Assembly (NCBI GenBank): GCA_036172245.1 | Contig: JAYWIR010000002.1 | Span: 3,844,001 to 3,908,000, forward strand | Length of the DNA: 64,000 nt | Direction: 5' to 3' | DNA from: Raillietiella orientalis | Taxonomy: Eukaryota | Shown here: positions 23,758 through 36,335 of the stretch, in pieces | Numbering within the stretch: the first letter of the stretch is position 1 | How the letters are laid out: each line of letters starts with the position of its first letter | Made by a program: the position numbers and the translations under genes | Notes under the pieces: generated by a model | Databases searched by the model: none | What the model saw: only the letters and a program-made list of their open reading frames with translations | What the model was told of the DNA's origin: nothing

Positions 23758-26700
23758 CGAGTTTCGCGTGGTCGCCTGGTAGCCGAGCGAAAGGCTGCGA
23801 ACGAAGAGCGCGCGCTGGGCGGCCGTCGACGTTTCGCACTGCCCCTGGCAACGGGCGGGAGGCGCTCACCGGCGGAAGCCGGAAACCCTCGGATGCCCCC
23901 GGGAGCCGGCCTCCGGGATTGAAAGTCGACCGCCCGGTTTCTTTCCAGGGCATGAAGGAGCTCTTCGGGGTTCCCCTCCGGTCGTGGAACATGGAGGGCT
24001 CCGTTCTCAGGGAGGGCTCCCTCCGTCGTGGTGTGACGGTTGATGCTCCCCCCGGAAGTTTCACCTCCGGAGCGCCGGAAGCGCTCTGCTCGCTTCGGAA
24101 AGGCGTCCCTTCGGGGCTCTCTTCAGGCGAGAAAAAACAAGGGGCGGACTCGATCCGGGTGCGCCGTCCGGACGGAAAATTCGGGAGCGTGGGTTTGTCG
24201 AGTTGCCATCGGAGAAGAAATGGGGAGCGTCTTTGCCTCCGGTCGTCCCTGCGAAGACAACCAGGACGAGGGTCCCCCCAGTCCTCTCACGCGTGAGAAA
24301 GGAACGGACTCCTTCCTCTGGGACCTTTTCGGATTCACAGGGCGATCCTGCCGTGGCATGACCCCCAATAACGTGAAGGGTCGCGCGCGCCTTCGGGTGG
24401 TGTGGACAGTGTTGAAGAGCTCCGTGGGCCCTCCTCCTTAGGGTGGCGAGAAGGGTTTCGGTAGATGGGGAAATAAAAGAGGAAAAGTCCAAGAAAATAA
24501 AAGTGTGAAGAATAGCTGGTGGATGGAATGTTGAGAAGGTCTTCCAGTCCTTTCGCGTGAGCACTGGTTGTGACCTCGTCTACCAGCTGGTCCATTTTTC
24601 TGAATTTTATATTTGAATTTTTAACCCTGTGTTTTCCTTGAGTGTACCACACTGATTGCACTGCTTGGTAGCAGGTACTCCTAGATTCGAACGAATGTGC
24701 TTGGGAGTGAGATTTCCGCTAAGCATGAATGACCTTTTTCTATGGTATATGTGTTTCACTGTAAATAATATTGCACCATAAGCCGTCTCCTGTCCCCGGA
24801 TGCAAAGGATTCCTTCTCGCTGTCTTCTTTCTTGTCTGCTGTAGCCACGCACATTTACCAAGATGAAATGAACGCTTTTTAAGATAAATAAATAAAAAAA
24901 ATTCGCTGGTTTGATCGTTCACGCACGTTGTTTTCCGGTTCCTGCACCAGGAGTTCACTGGGACGTGAATGCTGAATGTCAACTTTCAGATGTCATTTCA
25001 GATGAAGTCTCCCTGCTGAGATTCAGTCTATGCAATCATTGAACTAATGCGAACGAAACTATCGAAAAATTCCAATGAAGCCAGATTCTATTTTAATCCT
25101 TATTAAGTTATTGCTGAATTCGTCTTGTCGTGGCCTGAGAAGGAATGCCAGCGAGATCGGGGCTTTCTGAACATAAATTATCGATTTTCTCTGAATCTGA
25201 TTCTAGGTACTCTTTCAAGGAAGCAGGCTTGATCACCAACGATTGCTATCAAGTTAATTAATTCCAAACCCACCCCTAGGAATACCTATGAGAATCACTG
25301 AGACCACATTTGATAGGTCACACCCCCACGTGCAGTCCATCACAAGCTTTCCTCCTGTTTTTCTGACGCCCAACGAAAGAGATGAGTTCGAAAGTGAGTT
25401 TTGGGACGCTGAATTTCGAACTTCCGTATGTCTTATTAGGACCGATCGAAATCATCGATCGAGTTGAATTTAAGAAATATGCGAAAATGATCAGCGCAAT
25501 TGGGATACAAGAAAACTCAAGATTAATTCACTATTCGAGAGTAATTACTGTTTTTCTTTGCCTTCATTCTGTGTATTCGCGTTTCGATGCTAATATGGAT
25601 GAAATTTGAAGTTCCATTATCCAAATGCAGGGAGCCTTCCTGATAAAAGAAAACTACCATAATAATTAAATTGAATTTTTTGTTTTCATAAAATCCACAA
25701 GTTTTCCATAGAGACACATCGGTTAAAAATTCCATTAAATTGTTTCCAGGGTACCTACCCGTTTCTATTGCACGTTGACATAACAGCGTAGAGATAGGGA
25801 TTGCCATCAGAATATACCCATTCAAAATTGCTTATTCTCGAACAATAGCAAACACCACTCGTTCAAAACAAAGCTGACAACAGTTGCCACTAAATGCAGT
25901 TCCATTTATAAGCTATTCCGAATATCAAAAACTGCTTACTTTCCAATCTTGAAAATGATTTCAGAAGTAAAATGAATGCCAATACTCATTAAGGTGCCTA
26001 GTGATACGTAAGAAGAATATTTCGAATGCCATCCTGAGGATAATATAATTTTTTTTTTTTCAAAAATGAATCGCTTAGAAGAAAAGGCAGAAAAATTTGA
26101 GACAGAAATTATGAATTTACTAAGCTGATTTCCTAAGCTCAATTTGGCACATCAGAATTGCTCGGGATCGCAGGTTTACTACATTTGAAAAATCTTTTTC
26201 TAATCCATTCTTAAAGACCGGCAAGGAATCAGTTTTTTGAAAAATTATTAGCAAAAGTTTCTGTAATGAATAATATAGCCTCTCTTCGAAAAACATGCTC
26301 ACTTCGATACAATTTAAAAAAAAATTCTTGAAAACATCCATTGCAAGAATACACGAGAATTTGATGTTTTTATCGCCTCATTCTATCAGAACTCATTTTT
26401 GAATAATTACTGAATTTGGTTCATAGCAACTGTGGTTGGATTACTCTGATAGATTGCCAAAACGAAGGAACTCTATAGTTCATCGTAAAGACAACAAAAA
26501 AAACGATTTATGTTTAAAGGTTATGACAGGAGGGTTCTGTTTACAAAATTTTACAAACTAAGGTGTCCCATAATTTTTAATCTGGCAACAAGAATAATGT
26601 TATCGCTATTTTCTGATATTTCAATGATCTGTGTTATGAACTTAATTATAATCTGGGATAAGACAGAATTTTAGCAAACTGCCCAAATATTTTTTTTAAA

Positions 26701-28219
26701 TTTGGTTTCCTAATTGCCATCTCTTTTTTCTGATATTTTAATAATCTATGTTCACTTTACTATAACCAGTAGTTGTAATAGATCTTTCCCGATGTTTCTG
26801 AGCTTCCTTCTGATTTTCTGTTATAAGAATCTGGAACTATAACTTAGATACAGGTTATGACTGTTTTCTTCTAGAAATAAAGAAAAGTAAGAAAAACAGG
26901 AAGTTCCCACGAACGATTCTAAATAACAGTGGATCATAGGTATTGCTAGGAAGGAGGAGAAATTATATCAATAGTCATAGCCAACTTATTTTTATGTTGC
27001 ATCTGAGTTTTTGTACTTACAGACATACATTCTTTGTTATTCATTAATTCAATATAAGGTTTTTGAATTTTCTTTGTGTATTGGTGATCAGTAACCAAAA
27101 GGATTTTTGTTCCAAAAAGTTGTAGCAAAACGATATAAGCAAACGGTGATTTGTTATTTGCAAACAGTGCCGGTTGATATTGATTTAACTTCAATATCAT
27201 ATGAAAGCAGCATTCCAAGAGACGTCTTTTGACTGATGTTTTGATTTGCTTGATTTTGTACTTTGCACTGATGATACTATTTCTAGGAGATACTAATATT
27301 AGGAATGTGTTATCTGTCTTGATCTCGAATTCAATCTTCGTGAAACGTGTATGAGATATTCATACGGATATATATGTATTCTAGTCTAGATCATGAACTA
27401 AATTATAAGAGCCATCCTCTCTAGAGTTTTAATATTAATAAAAAAATACAAAATAACAATATTTATCATATAATATTTTTATCATCTGGTATCACATTAG
27501 GAAAACAAAAAAAATTAAGTTCAGTATACGAAGTCGCTTAAACTATGAAGTTTGTATGAGATGTATTTCAAAAGGGAGAATATTGTTGAGAAGTTTTACG
27601 CTGCTGGAAAACTGATTTCAAAATAAAATTTTTGTTCCATCAAAATAAAAAACTAAGACATTCGTGTTTTTAACAAAACACTGCGTTAGTGTAAGTGCTC
27701 TTATGGGTGTTCCCACAAGTGTAATTTCAACTACTCTTGTAGAATCGGACATAAATTTTTAACTTTCAATTCTTTTGATGAAGCAAAATTCTATCTGAAG
27801 TTGAAGCGCATTCTGTCTATGGTTTTTTTTTTTTATAACTGGGTTCATATTTTATGCGAGAACACATCGGTATTTAGTTAAGATTCATTATTCATTGGTT
27901 TTGCGAGATCCTGAATTTTATTTAGGAAACCTGAGTAAATTTTTGTGGCAGATGTGAGACCTGCATTGGCAATGGGATTTTGTGAATACTAAGTATTTTA
28001 AAACCTACTGTGTTTTCCAAAATATTCGCTAGTTTGGTGACTGTAGCCAAAAAAGATAAATATTGTTTTGCACAGGTGATTTGCCGAGCTTTCTAAGATT
28101 GTACTTCTATTGTGGTTTCGAAGATGTGCGATCATGTGAGAATATAACTAGTGAAAATCCAGAAACTCCTTCATTTGTAAGAAAGTGTTTGATGTGATTA
28201 GAACTGCTCGTCATACTGA

Positions 28220-29464
28220 ATGCAGAGATCTGCAGAAAGCATCCAGGAAAGGTAAAGGTGTAGAAGTGAGGTGCATCTATTTAGGATTTCTTAGAATCAT
28301 TCAACTTTGCACCGAAAATCCAGAAGGTGTTCCTGATAAAGTTTTGCAAAATGATATGCCAGACGTTGATTCCAAAGAAAGAGCCAGAATTATCAATATC
28401 TTGTTGGCCAATGTGAGATAAGCTGTTGCATAAATTTTTACTGTAGCAAGTTATATTTTTAATGTAGCCACTATATCAAGTAATATTTATTCAATATTTT
28501 AAATACAAGCAGAGTATTGTATTATATGTGCATGTTACTTTTTGAGTATACTTAGCATAGGATTTATTATTAGGACTTTTTATTTCCAATTTTCAGAATC
28601 AGATTGTCTTGTACAAACAAGGTGTAGATCTCATATATAAGCTTCAATCTAAAGATGTGGTTGAAAAAATCAAAGGATCTGATAATGAAGAGAAAGTAAT
28701 ATATCAGATAATTGAAGAGGCTGGGAGCAAAGGAATTTGGATTAGAGACATTAGAAACAAATCTAATCTTCTTGCCACACAATTAAATAAGGTTTTAAAG
28801 AATTTAGAAAGCAAAAAATTAATCAAAGCTGTGAAGCCAGTATCAGTATGTAATCTCACATGAGAATATTCCTCTATATTAATCTCTAATCATAATGCAG
28901 GCTTCAAAAAAAAAAGTGTATATGTTATACAACATTGATCCAGATTGTTCCATCACTGGTGGAGCATGGTATTCTGATCAGGATTTTGAATCAGAATTTG
29001 TAGAGATTTTGAATCAACAGTGTTATCGGTTCTTGCAGCACAAATTAGAGTCATCTAAAAAGCAAAATCTCAGTTATTTGACAATGAAAAGCCAAGCAAT
29101 GGCAACAAGTCATGAAGTTTTGGAATATATTAGTAATTTAGGTATTAGTAAGGTAGGATCTTCACTTGATGTTTGAGGACTGATGGTTTTACAGGTACAG
29201 CTTTCTTTAGAAGATATTGAGTGTATTTTAGATACTTTGCTATATGATGGCAAAATAGAAAGAATTTTGCATGCTAATAAGCAGCAGGCCCAAGGGAAAA
29301 AGCAGTTATCTCGTTGGTATTTAGCAGTTATACCACCACTTGCATATCCATCCTTAGTTTCTGTTCCATGTGGTATTTGTCCTTTAAATCAGCAGTGTGA
29401 TGATGAGGGTCATGTTACCCAAGCAAAATGCAAGTATCTTAATGAGTGGCTTGCAGATCTATAA
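28220..29464 (+). CDS. POLR3F: RNA polymerase III subunit RPC6/C34 (multi-exon; start codon uncertain)
   Basis: IIQLC...DKVLQNDMP, KGSDNEEKVIYQIIEEAGSKGIWIRDIR..SNL, KKLIKAVK, ASKKKVYMLY..GGAWYSDQDFESEFVEILNQQC, and C-terminal Fe-S motif PCGICP...C...C. Confidence 0.95.
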
Positions 29465-30374
29465 ATTAAAGACTTTCGATGACGGTTTGAGACAAATTTT
29501 TTATTCCTTGTAGTGTTATTCTGTCACTAAATGGCAGATTTTTATTGAGTGACATAACCCACAAATGGAACAAAGGGACAGATCAATTTTTTTCTTCCAA
29601 CATTTGTTGTATTAAACAGAATGCAAAAGTCTCACAAGCATTTCGATTTAAATCTTCATCAGTTCTTTATTGTCTGCCGTGTTTCTTATGAAATTGTTGA
29701 TTAGTTCATTTGTTTGGAAAATTTTTGTAGAAAAGTAAATTCACGTAGTTCTGTCATAAACTTTGATTACACTTGAGGATCTCATTTGGGACACCTAATT
29801 GAATGATAAAAGAATGCAACTGATGTGAACATTAGTTACCATGACCTTACATGAGATTTCCAGTTCAAACAGAAAAAAGGACATCACTGATGAATTTAGA
29901 CACTAAACAATGTAATTGCACTTTGATGAACAGTGTTTTCTGTTCACTGTAGTTTTGCTTATGCAGGTAAAAGTGCAGAAACTACCAGACATCATGAAAA
30001 TGTAACCTTTAAGAGTATCCTGAAGTATTTGGAGCTTTATACTTCCAACTGAACCATTAAGAGCAGAAGAGGAAGGAAAGGGAACAAAAGCTTCCAGCAT
30101 TAATTGATGAGTGAAACATGTACAAGAATTGCTGGAGGGCGTATTGAATTGAGGAGATACATCAAGAATTGACTGGAAATAGTGTGAGAATAGAAAAACA
30201 CAATATTTGTTGTAGGCAAAAATGAATGCAAGAATGCTGGAGGTGTCTTACACTAGTGACTCATATGGAATCTATTAACAATGATCAAATAGGGTCTCGA
30301 ATCTGAAGATGCATTTAGCAAGCAAAATGGTGCACAGTAAAATGGAAAGATATTATTTAGTGTTTGCAGCTTCT

Positions 30375-30443
30375 GATTTGTTCCATCACTGATGGAGCAT
30401 GGTATTCTGATCAGGATTTTGAATCAGAATTTTGTAGAGATTT
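30375..30443 (+). pseudogene. Short duplicated fragment of a POLR3F coding exon
   Basis: Near-copy of 28943-29009 (gattgttccatcactggtggagcatggtattctgatcaggattttgaatcagaatttgtagagattt) with one substitution and two 1-nt insertions. Confidence 0.85.
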
Positions 30444-31527
30444 CAAGGTGTTCTGAAATGAATAAAATCTTGAAAATGCAAATTGAATTTTTTTAAAATG
30501 AATTTTTTATCAGCATTCCACAGTGCAAGTTAAGTTCTTAAAGAACTACTGAAACACTGAAAAAGTAATGAAGAGGCACAAGAAATCGGAAAACTTTTTA
30601 GTCATTAACTGGTAGACAGTACAGTAAGAATCTGCTTGATAGCTGATCTTTTGAAAGGAGATCCATCATGTTGTGAAGATACTTTTGAAAAATAAATGAA
30701 TCCCTAATCACTTGAAAGTGTGATCACATTTCAGATAACAGTCATTGTGAGTACTGTGTATGTGTTTTTCAGCATGTTACATAGTTTAGTGGTAAAATGG
30801 ATCAGCTTTAATCACCAAGTAATGAAAGAACAAAGATTCAGGCAGACAAATTTTTCCACCATACTTGAAAGCAAATGAAGATCTTTACATTATTACTCGC
30901 TACATCTCCAGATTAATTCGCTTCACACAGAAGTTCTTGTATTACAACCAAACATTCACTTTTCCAGAGCACGCTATTGTTGAAACTAAAGTGTTTTAAT
31001 TGTCCTTTTGCTACTAGAGCACCAGTTTGAAGCAGGCAACACCAGTATTATCAAGTTGAAACTTAGCACAATAGCACTCATTTCCCAATAGTGCTTGAAA
31101 CTATAGTATGTCAGAAAGCAGACTTCCATCACAAATTTCAATTATCTTAATGGGGAAACGATCTGTTCCTCTTTAAACAAATGATCACACTAAAGTGGTT
31201 CCCTAAAAAGTACAGGCATAGTTCTTCCAAGAGCATACATACTTCCCTTGACTCATAACTCAACATAGTTTTTCAGATTGGACGTGAAAACTTATTTGCA
31301 ATCATGATCTAGAGACTATACATACCATGCCTGGAAATGTCACTCAACTGGATTACTACCAAAACTTAGAGATATGGTAACCCCACTCTGCTGTGAAACT
31401 CAGATTAAAATTCGAGTAAACTTTATAGAAAAATTTTTTTATTATCATATGGAAAATGTTCCCATGTTATGTTTGCAAAAATAATGGTTCAATTGGATAT
31501 GGTTCACTTGTATCTGCCATCCTACCA

Positions 31528-34500
31528 TCATGAAAGTCCATATATAATTTCTTTTTCAATATTGATTCCGATGTCATACATGGCAGGACGAGTTGGTAAG
31601 CCAGGCATTGTGCTAATCTAGTAAAAGGGTTAGGAAAATGTAAAAGGGTAAAGAAAAACAAGAAATAACTTACTTCTCCACACAATGGATATATAAAACC
31701 TGCACCAATACTAGCTTGAATGTCAGTGATCAAAAGCACGAAATCCTCAGGTGCATTTCTCAGACTGGGATCATGAGATAAAGATAATGGAGTCTTAGCA
31801 ATGCAGATTGGCAAGTCATTGAAACCCTAAAAGCAATAATACTAACAGAATGTACACGACCACTGAATACCTGTTTCTTCAAGCGTTCAATTTTTTGTTT
31901 AGCTTGCTCCTCCAAGAGAATGTCCATTGCACCATAAATTATTTGTGCTATTAATCGAATTTTATCTTCAATTGGAAGTGTCAGTTCATATAAATAACGA
32001 GGATTTGAGGCTTGCAGACATGCTTGTTCCACTGCCCGACCCAATGCAACAGCACCCAGTCCACCATTTGCATAATGAGTGCATATCACAGCATCAAATG
32101 CCCCATTGTTACGGCTAAACTTCTGTACAAGTTCCAATTCTGCAGCAGTATCAGATCTAAAGGCAATTAGTATAGTAAAACTATCAGGTTAGTCTGTACT
32201 GAAATGCATTTATGGCCACAACAACTGGAAGACCAAACTGATGAACATTGTCAATTTGTTTCTTAAGATTAGCTAAACCAGCACGCAAAAAATCCAGGTT
32301 CTCTTGTAAATACTGGGAAGGGAGTGGTGAACTTGAATTTAATGAATCTCCATGCATCTTTAGTGCTCGCACTGTGGCCACTAACACAGCTGCATTTGGC
32401 ATGATGCCAGAAGAGCGACATTTTATATCAATAAATTTCTCCAAACCTATATTGCATTAACATAGATTTGGGAAAACAGTCGAACTCTGCTGCCTACCAA
32501 GATCAGCTCCGAAACCTGCTTCTGTTACAACAAATCCTGATGGTCCAACAAGCTTCAAAGCAATCTCATCTGCCAAAATGGAAGAGGCACCATGAGCAAT
32601 ATTTGCAAAAGGACCAGTATGAATGAAAACTGGTATTCCCTCCTGTGTCTGCATGAGAGTGGGACAAAGAGTATCATGCAAAAGGACCATCATTGCTCCA
32701 CTGGCTCCCTGGAAACCATCATGATCTTCCCTTATAAGGAAATAGTTACCAAGTCTTCTGCTGTGATAGGCATGCCTGAATGATCACTTGCAACAACCAT
32801 GGAAGCAATACGCTTGTTTAAATCTCTTAGACTGGTAGCAAGGGCCACAATAGCCATGACTTCACTAGCTGTGGTTATGTCAAATCCTGTATTTCGTGCC
32901 ATTCCTTTTTCAGAAGGAGATTGGCCAATTGTAATTTGTCTCAAGAATCTGTCGTTGGTATCCAACACTACAGCCACTAAACCTCTGGAATCCCTTATGT
33001 CTACCTCTATGCAGGGTAATAGTATCAGGATCTATATTAAGACGGGCAAACTGACAGATTTCCTCCTCTGTTAGTTCATCAGGATGACTTTTGTTAATGC
33101 CCAATTTCTGAAGGCGTTTTATCTGTAATTTGAAAGAAAAAAAAAAAAAAAAAAAACATCTACATAGAGCCAAAGCTAGAAACGTATGAGGTGCTGACTT
33201 GGATGGGAGAAAAGGCACAGTTTCCATTCCGAGTAGTAACAAGGCGAGTGTACAAAGCCTTAGTGGTCTGAGTCTTTTCATGGAAGATGCGAGCATCAAT
33301 TTGAGCAGCCAGTAAGTTGGTAGCAGCTGTTATAGCATGTATATCACCTGTTAAATGCAATTGAAGATCTTCCAACGGTACAATCTGTGCATAACCAGCT
33401 GCTCCTAAACAAAAAGTGCACTAAACATGCACATGAGCTGTCACTTCTGCTTACCTTTGATTCCAAATGTAGGACCCTGAGAAGGTTGTCTTAAGCACAC
33501 AAAACAATTCTTTTGCAAGTGAGTGCCCAGTGCTTGTGCCAGTCCCAATGAAGTTGTTGTTTTACCTTCTCCAAAAGGAGTTGGAGTGATCCTGAATAAA
33601 TTTGATAGAACTTAAGCATTCCACCCATCATGCTCACCCTGTCACTACAATGTATTTTCCATTTGTGCATTTTGCAAGACGATCTAGTATTCTTAACTTC
33701 ACTTTGGCAATATACTGACCATGAAGCTTCAAGTCAGTTTTCAGCAATCCTATCTCTTGTGCCAGTTGTTCTATGGCTTTGGGAGTATGAGATACAGGCA
33801 TCTGTGGGTCCCTTCATGAAAATACAAATACAATAATCTCAAAAGCAAACAATAACCTTGGAGTAAGTGAAATGGGTTTCTGTGGAAGAGGAGTCAAATT
33901 CCAATTTCCTGGACCACATTGCACTGCCCTTTCAGCAGCAGTAAATGTATTGTACATGAGCATTGCCACTGTCATAGGCCCTACACCACCAGGAACTGGT
34001 GTTATGTACCCAGCAACTTTAATAGCCTCTTCATATTCCACATCTCCCACTAACTTGTAACCAGACTTTTTTGCTGGGTCTATAAAATTGTTAATTTCAA
34101 ATTCCATCTTAATCAATTTACCAGGAACAGAATTAATGCCACAATCAATGACTACTGATCCAGGTTTTATCCAGTGGCCTTTGACAAAGTGAGGGGATCC
34201 GATTGCTACTACTAGGATATCAGCACTTGCAATCTTGTAACTATGCTTCATTGTATGTTAAGTTATTTTCACTTACAAATTCATGAATATTCCGGGTTTT
34301 GGAATGGCATGTGGTAACTGTGGCATTATGATTAAGTAATAAGTCCCTCATAGGTGCTCCAACAATACGACTCCTACCTATCACAACTGCATTGCTTCCA
34401 GAAATAACAACACCTGACCTAGATGCATTAGTGAAAAACTGTCTTTTTATAATTAGATGACAAACTCTTTAATCAGTTCCATGCATCCTGCTGGTGTACA

Positions 34501-35294
34501 GGGCAAAAAATTGACATCCATCTGATTTCGAGATAGCTTTCCTGCATTTAGAATATGTAACCTAATCATGAAAAAAAAGAAAAAGTAAACAATGGTTCTT
34601 TACACTTGACAAAGTACCCATCCACATCTTTCTGAATAGAAATTGTTTCCAATACTTTATCAGAGTCAATTTTATGATGGCTGTCCAGAGGCATTTGCAC
34701 TATGATGCCATGTACATTTGGATTGGCGTTAAGGGTTTCTATTTCACATAATAACTGAAATAAAATTACATTTCACATAAAACTGCTCTCTCAGTTAATT
34801 ACAGCATTAGAACTTAAATATTTCAAGTTGGCCAAAATACATGCATCTTTTTTAACATGCATATACTAACATAGATAAAAACATATGATTACCTCTGCTT
34901 CTGTGATTGATTTGGGTAACTTCAGATGCTGGACATGTATCCCTATTTCTTTGGCAGCCTGAAGCTTCATACGGATATAAGTATTCGATTCTACGAGATT
35001 TCCAGTTTGAACCAGGGCTAACGAGGGTGTGAAAGATTCATGTTTTATTCTTATCGCCTGGATCTTTGACAGGAGGGCTTGGCGCAAGTTCCTAACAAAG
35101 GAAAACTTATAAGTCAAGTCTGAAATTCACAGCCACAGTGCAGTGACAGCTACAAAGTCGCGCTGGTGCCCGTGCTTTCGGCATGTTTGTGCCCAACATC
35201 ATGAACATTCAACTAACCCAGGGAAACTTTTTGACAAACAAAGTGACTCGAGACCTTACCTAGCAATCTCTGTTCCACTCAGTATCTTTGCCAT
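31528..35294 (-). CDS. MTHFD1: Trifunctional C1-tetrahydrofolate synthase (dehydrogenase/cyclohydrolase + formyl-THF synthetase), many short introns
   Basis: [128 protein letters not shown]. Stop at 31530-31528. Confidence 0.96.
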
Positions 35295-35619
35295 GCTCCA
35301 CACGTTTCGAGTGCACTCGAGCAACTTTCCTCTTCCACACAGAGCAGCGGGTAGTGTTGCACTCGACAAGGAAGAAAAAGCGCCCTTGAGGATCGCCATC
35401 GTTCCCTGAGGCAATCAGATAAAAAACTCATAACCACGGATTATTATGATTCAATCTAATAAGTTAGATTTTAGCATCGTTTCACCCTAACTCCAACAAA
35501 CATACAAAACAAAACACAATGATACAAAACACGAACTGTGATTTCTGTTAACAAGTAACGGCATTCAAACGACGATTTTGCTTTTCGAAAATCTACTTCA
35601 AGTTTTCTTCTCAGGATCA

Positions 35620-36335
35620 CTGACTTTATATGAATCCAGGAAGGGCTCGGAGTCCGTTTCTCTCACGCTTGGGGAGGGATCCCTCCCGTCCAGGGGGGGA
35701 TCGCACCTCCCACCCTGGTTGTCTCCGAAGGGGAACCCCGAAGGAAATCACCTCCTTCCTCATTCTCTCCGGAGGGACATCCCCCTAATGGGGATGGTCC
35801 TCTCCATTTCAACTTCTTCGAAGGGAACCCGGAAAGGATCAACTAGTAGGAATTTTTTCTCCGGAGGGAACCCGCAAGGGAACCGCTCCTGTTCACTCTG
35901 AAGAGAACCCGAAGGGACGCTCCCGAAATTCCGAAGGGGCCCTGAAGCTTCTCGCAGGGAATCGCTCTCGCTTGCTTCCTTGCACTCTTCTGAAGAGGTG
36001 GCGACTCGGCGGGACCCCCGCAAAAGGGGGATCCGCTCCTTTGAACAACTGGAGAGGTGCCCGTGAGAGTTCCCGTTCCATCTTGAAACCGGAGGGGTCC
36101 CCCGGTGAGGGGGGTTCGCTCTCTGTTGTACGACCGGAGGAGGAACTCCCTCTCCTTTTTGTTCCTAGAAGGACCCGAAGGTCGACTCCCATTGTTCCGG
36201 TCTTCATCGGAGACCTCCGGCTTAATCCACCGCCGGTGCCACGCCCGAATGACTAGGCAAACCAGCACCATTGCAGGAGGAACTCGGAACCCAACGACGC
36301 AGTGGCGTCAGTTTCTGCCGGAGCATTCGAACCCT
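35620..36335 (+). repeat. Family B repeat
   Basis: Strong match to 54165-54450 (minus): IRAWHRR..K.E..DE.RNNGSRP.GPSRN in both. Also shares blocks with 2860-3510 and 37740-38254. Confidence 0.75.

Larger units (their letters stand above)
17985..24421 (-). repeat. Right arm of ~6.4-kb inverted segmental duplication
   Basis: Reverse complement of 2949-9386, with about eight differences seen by eye. Confidence 0.97.

Noticed and set aside
26600-26850. Degenerate ~100-120 bp tandem repeats (ttctgatattt...ataa)
   Set aside because: Low-complexity AT-rich similarity too weak to support by eye.
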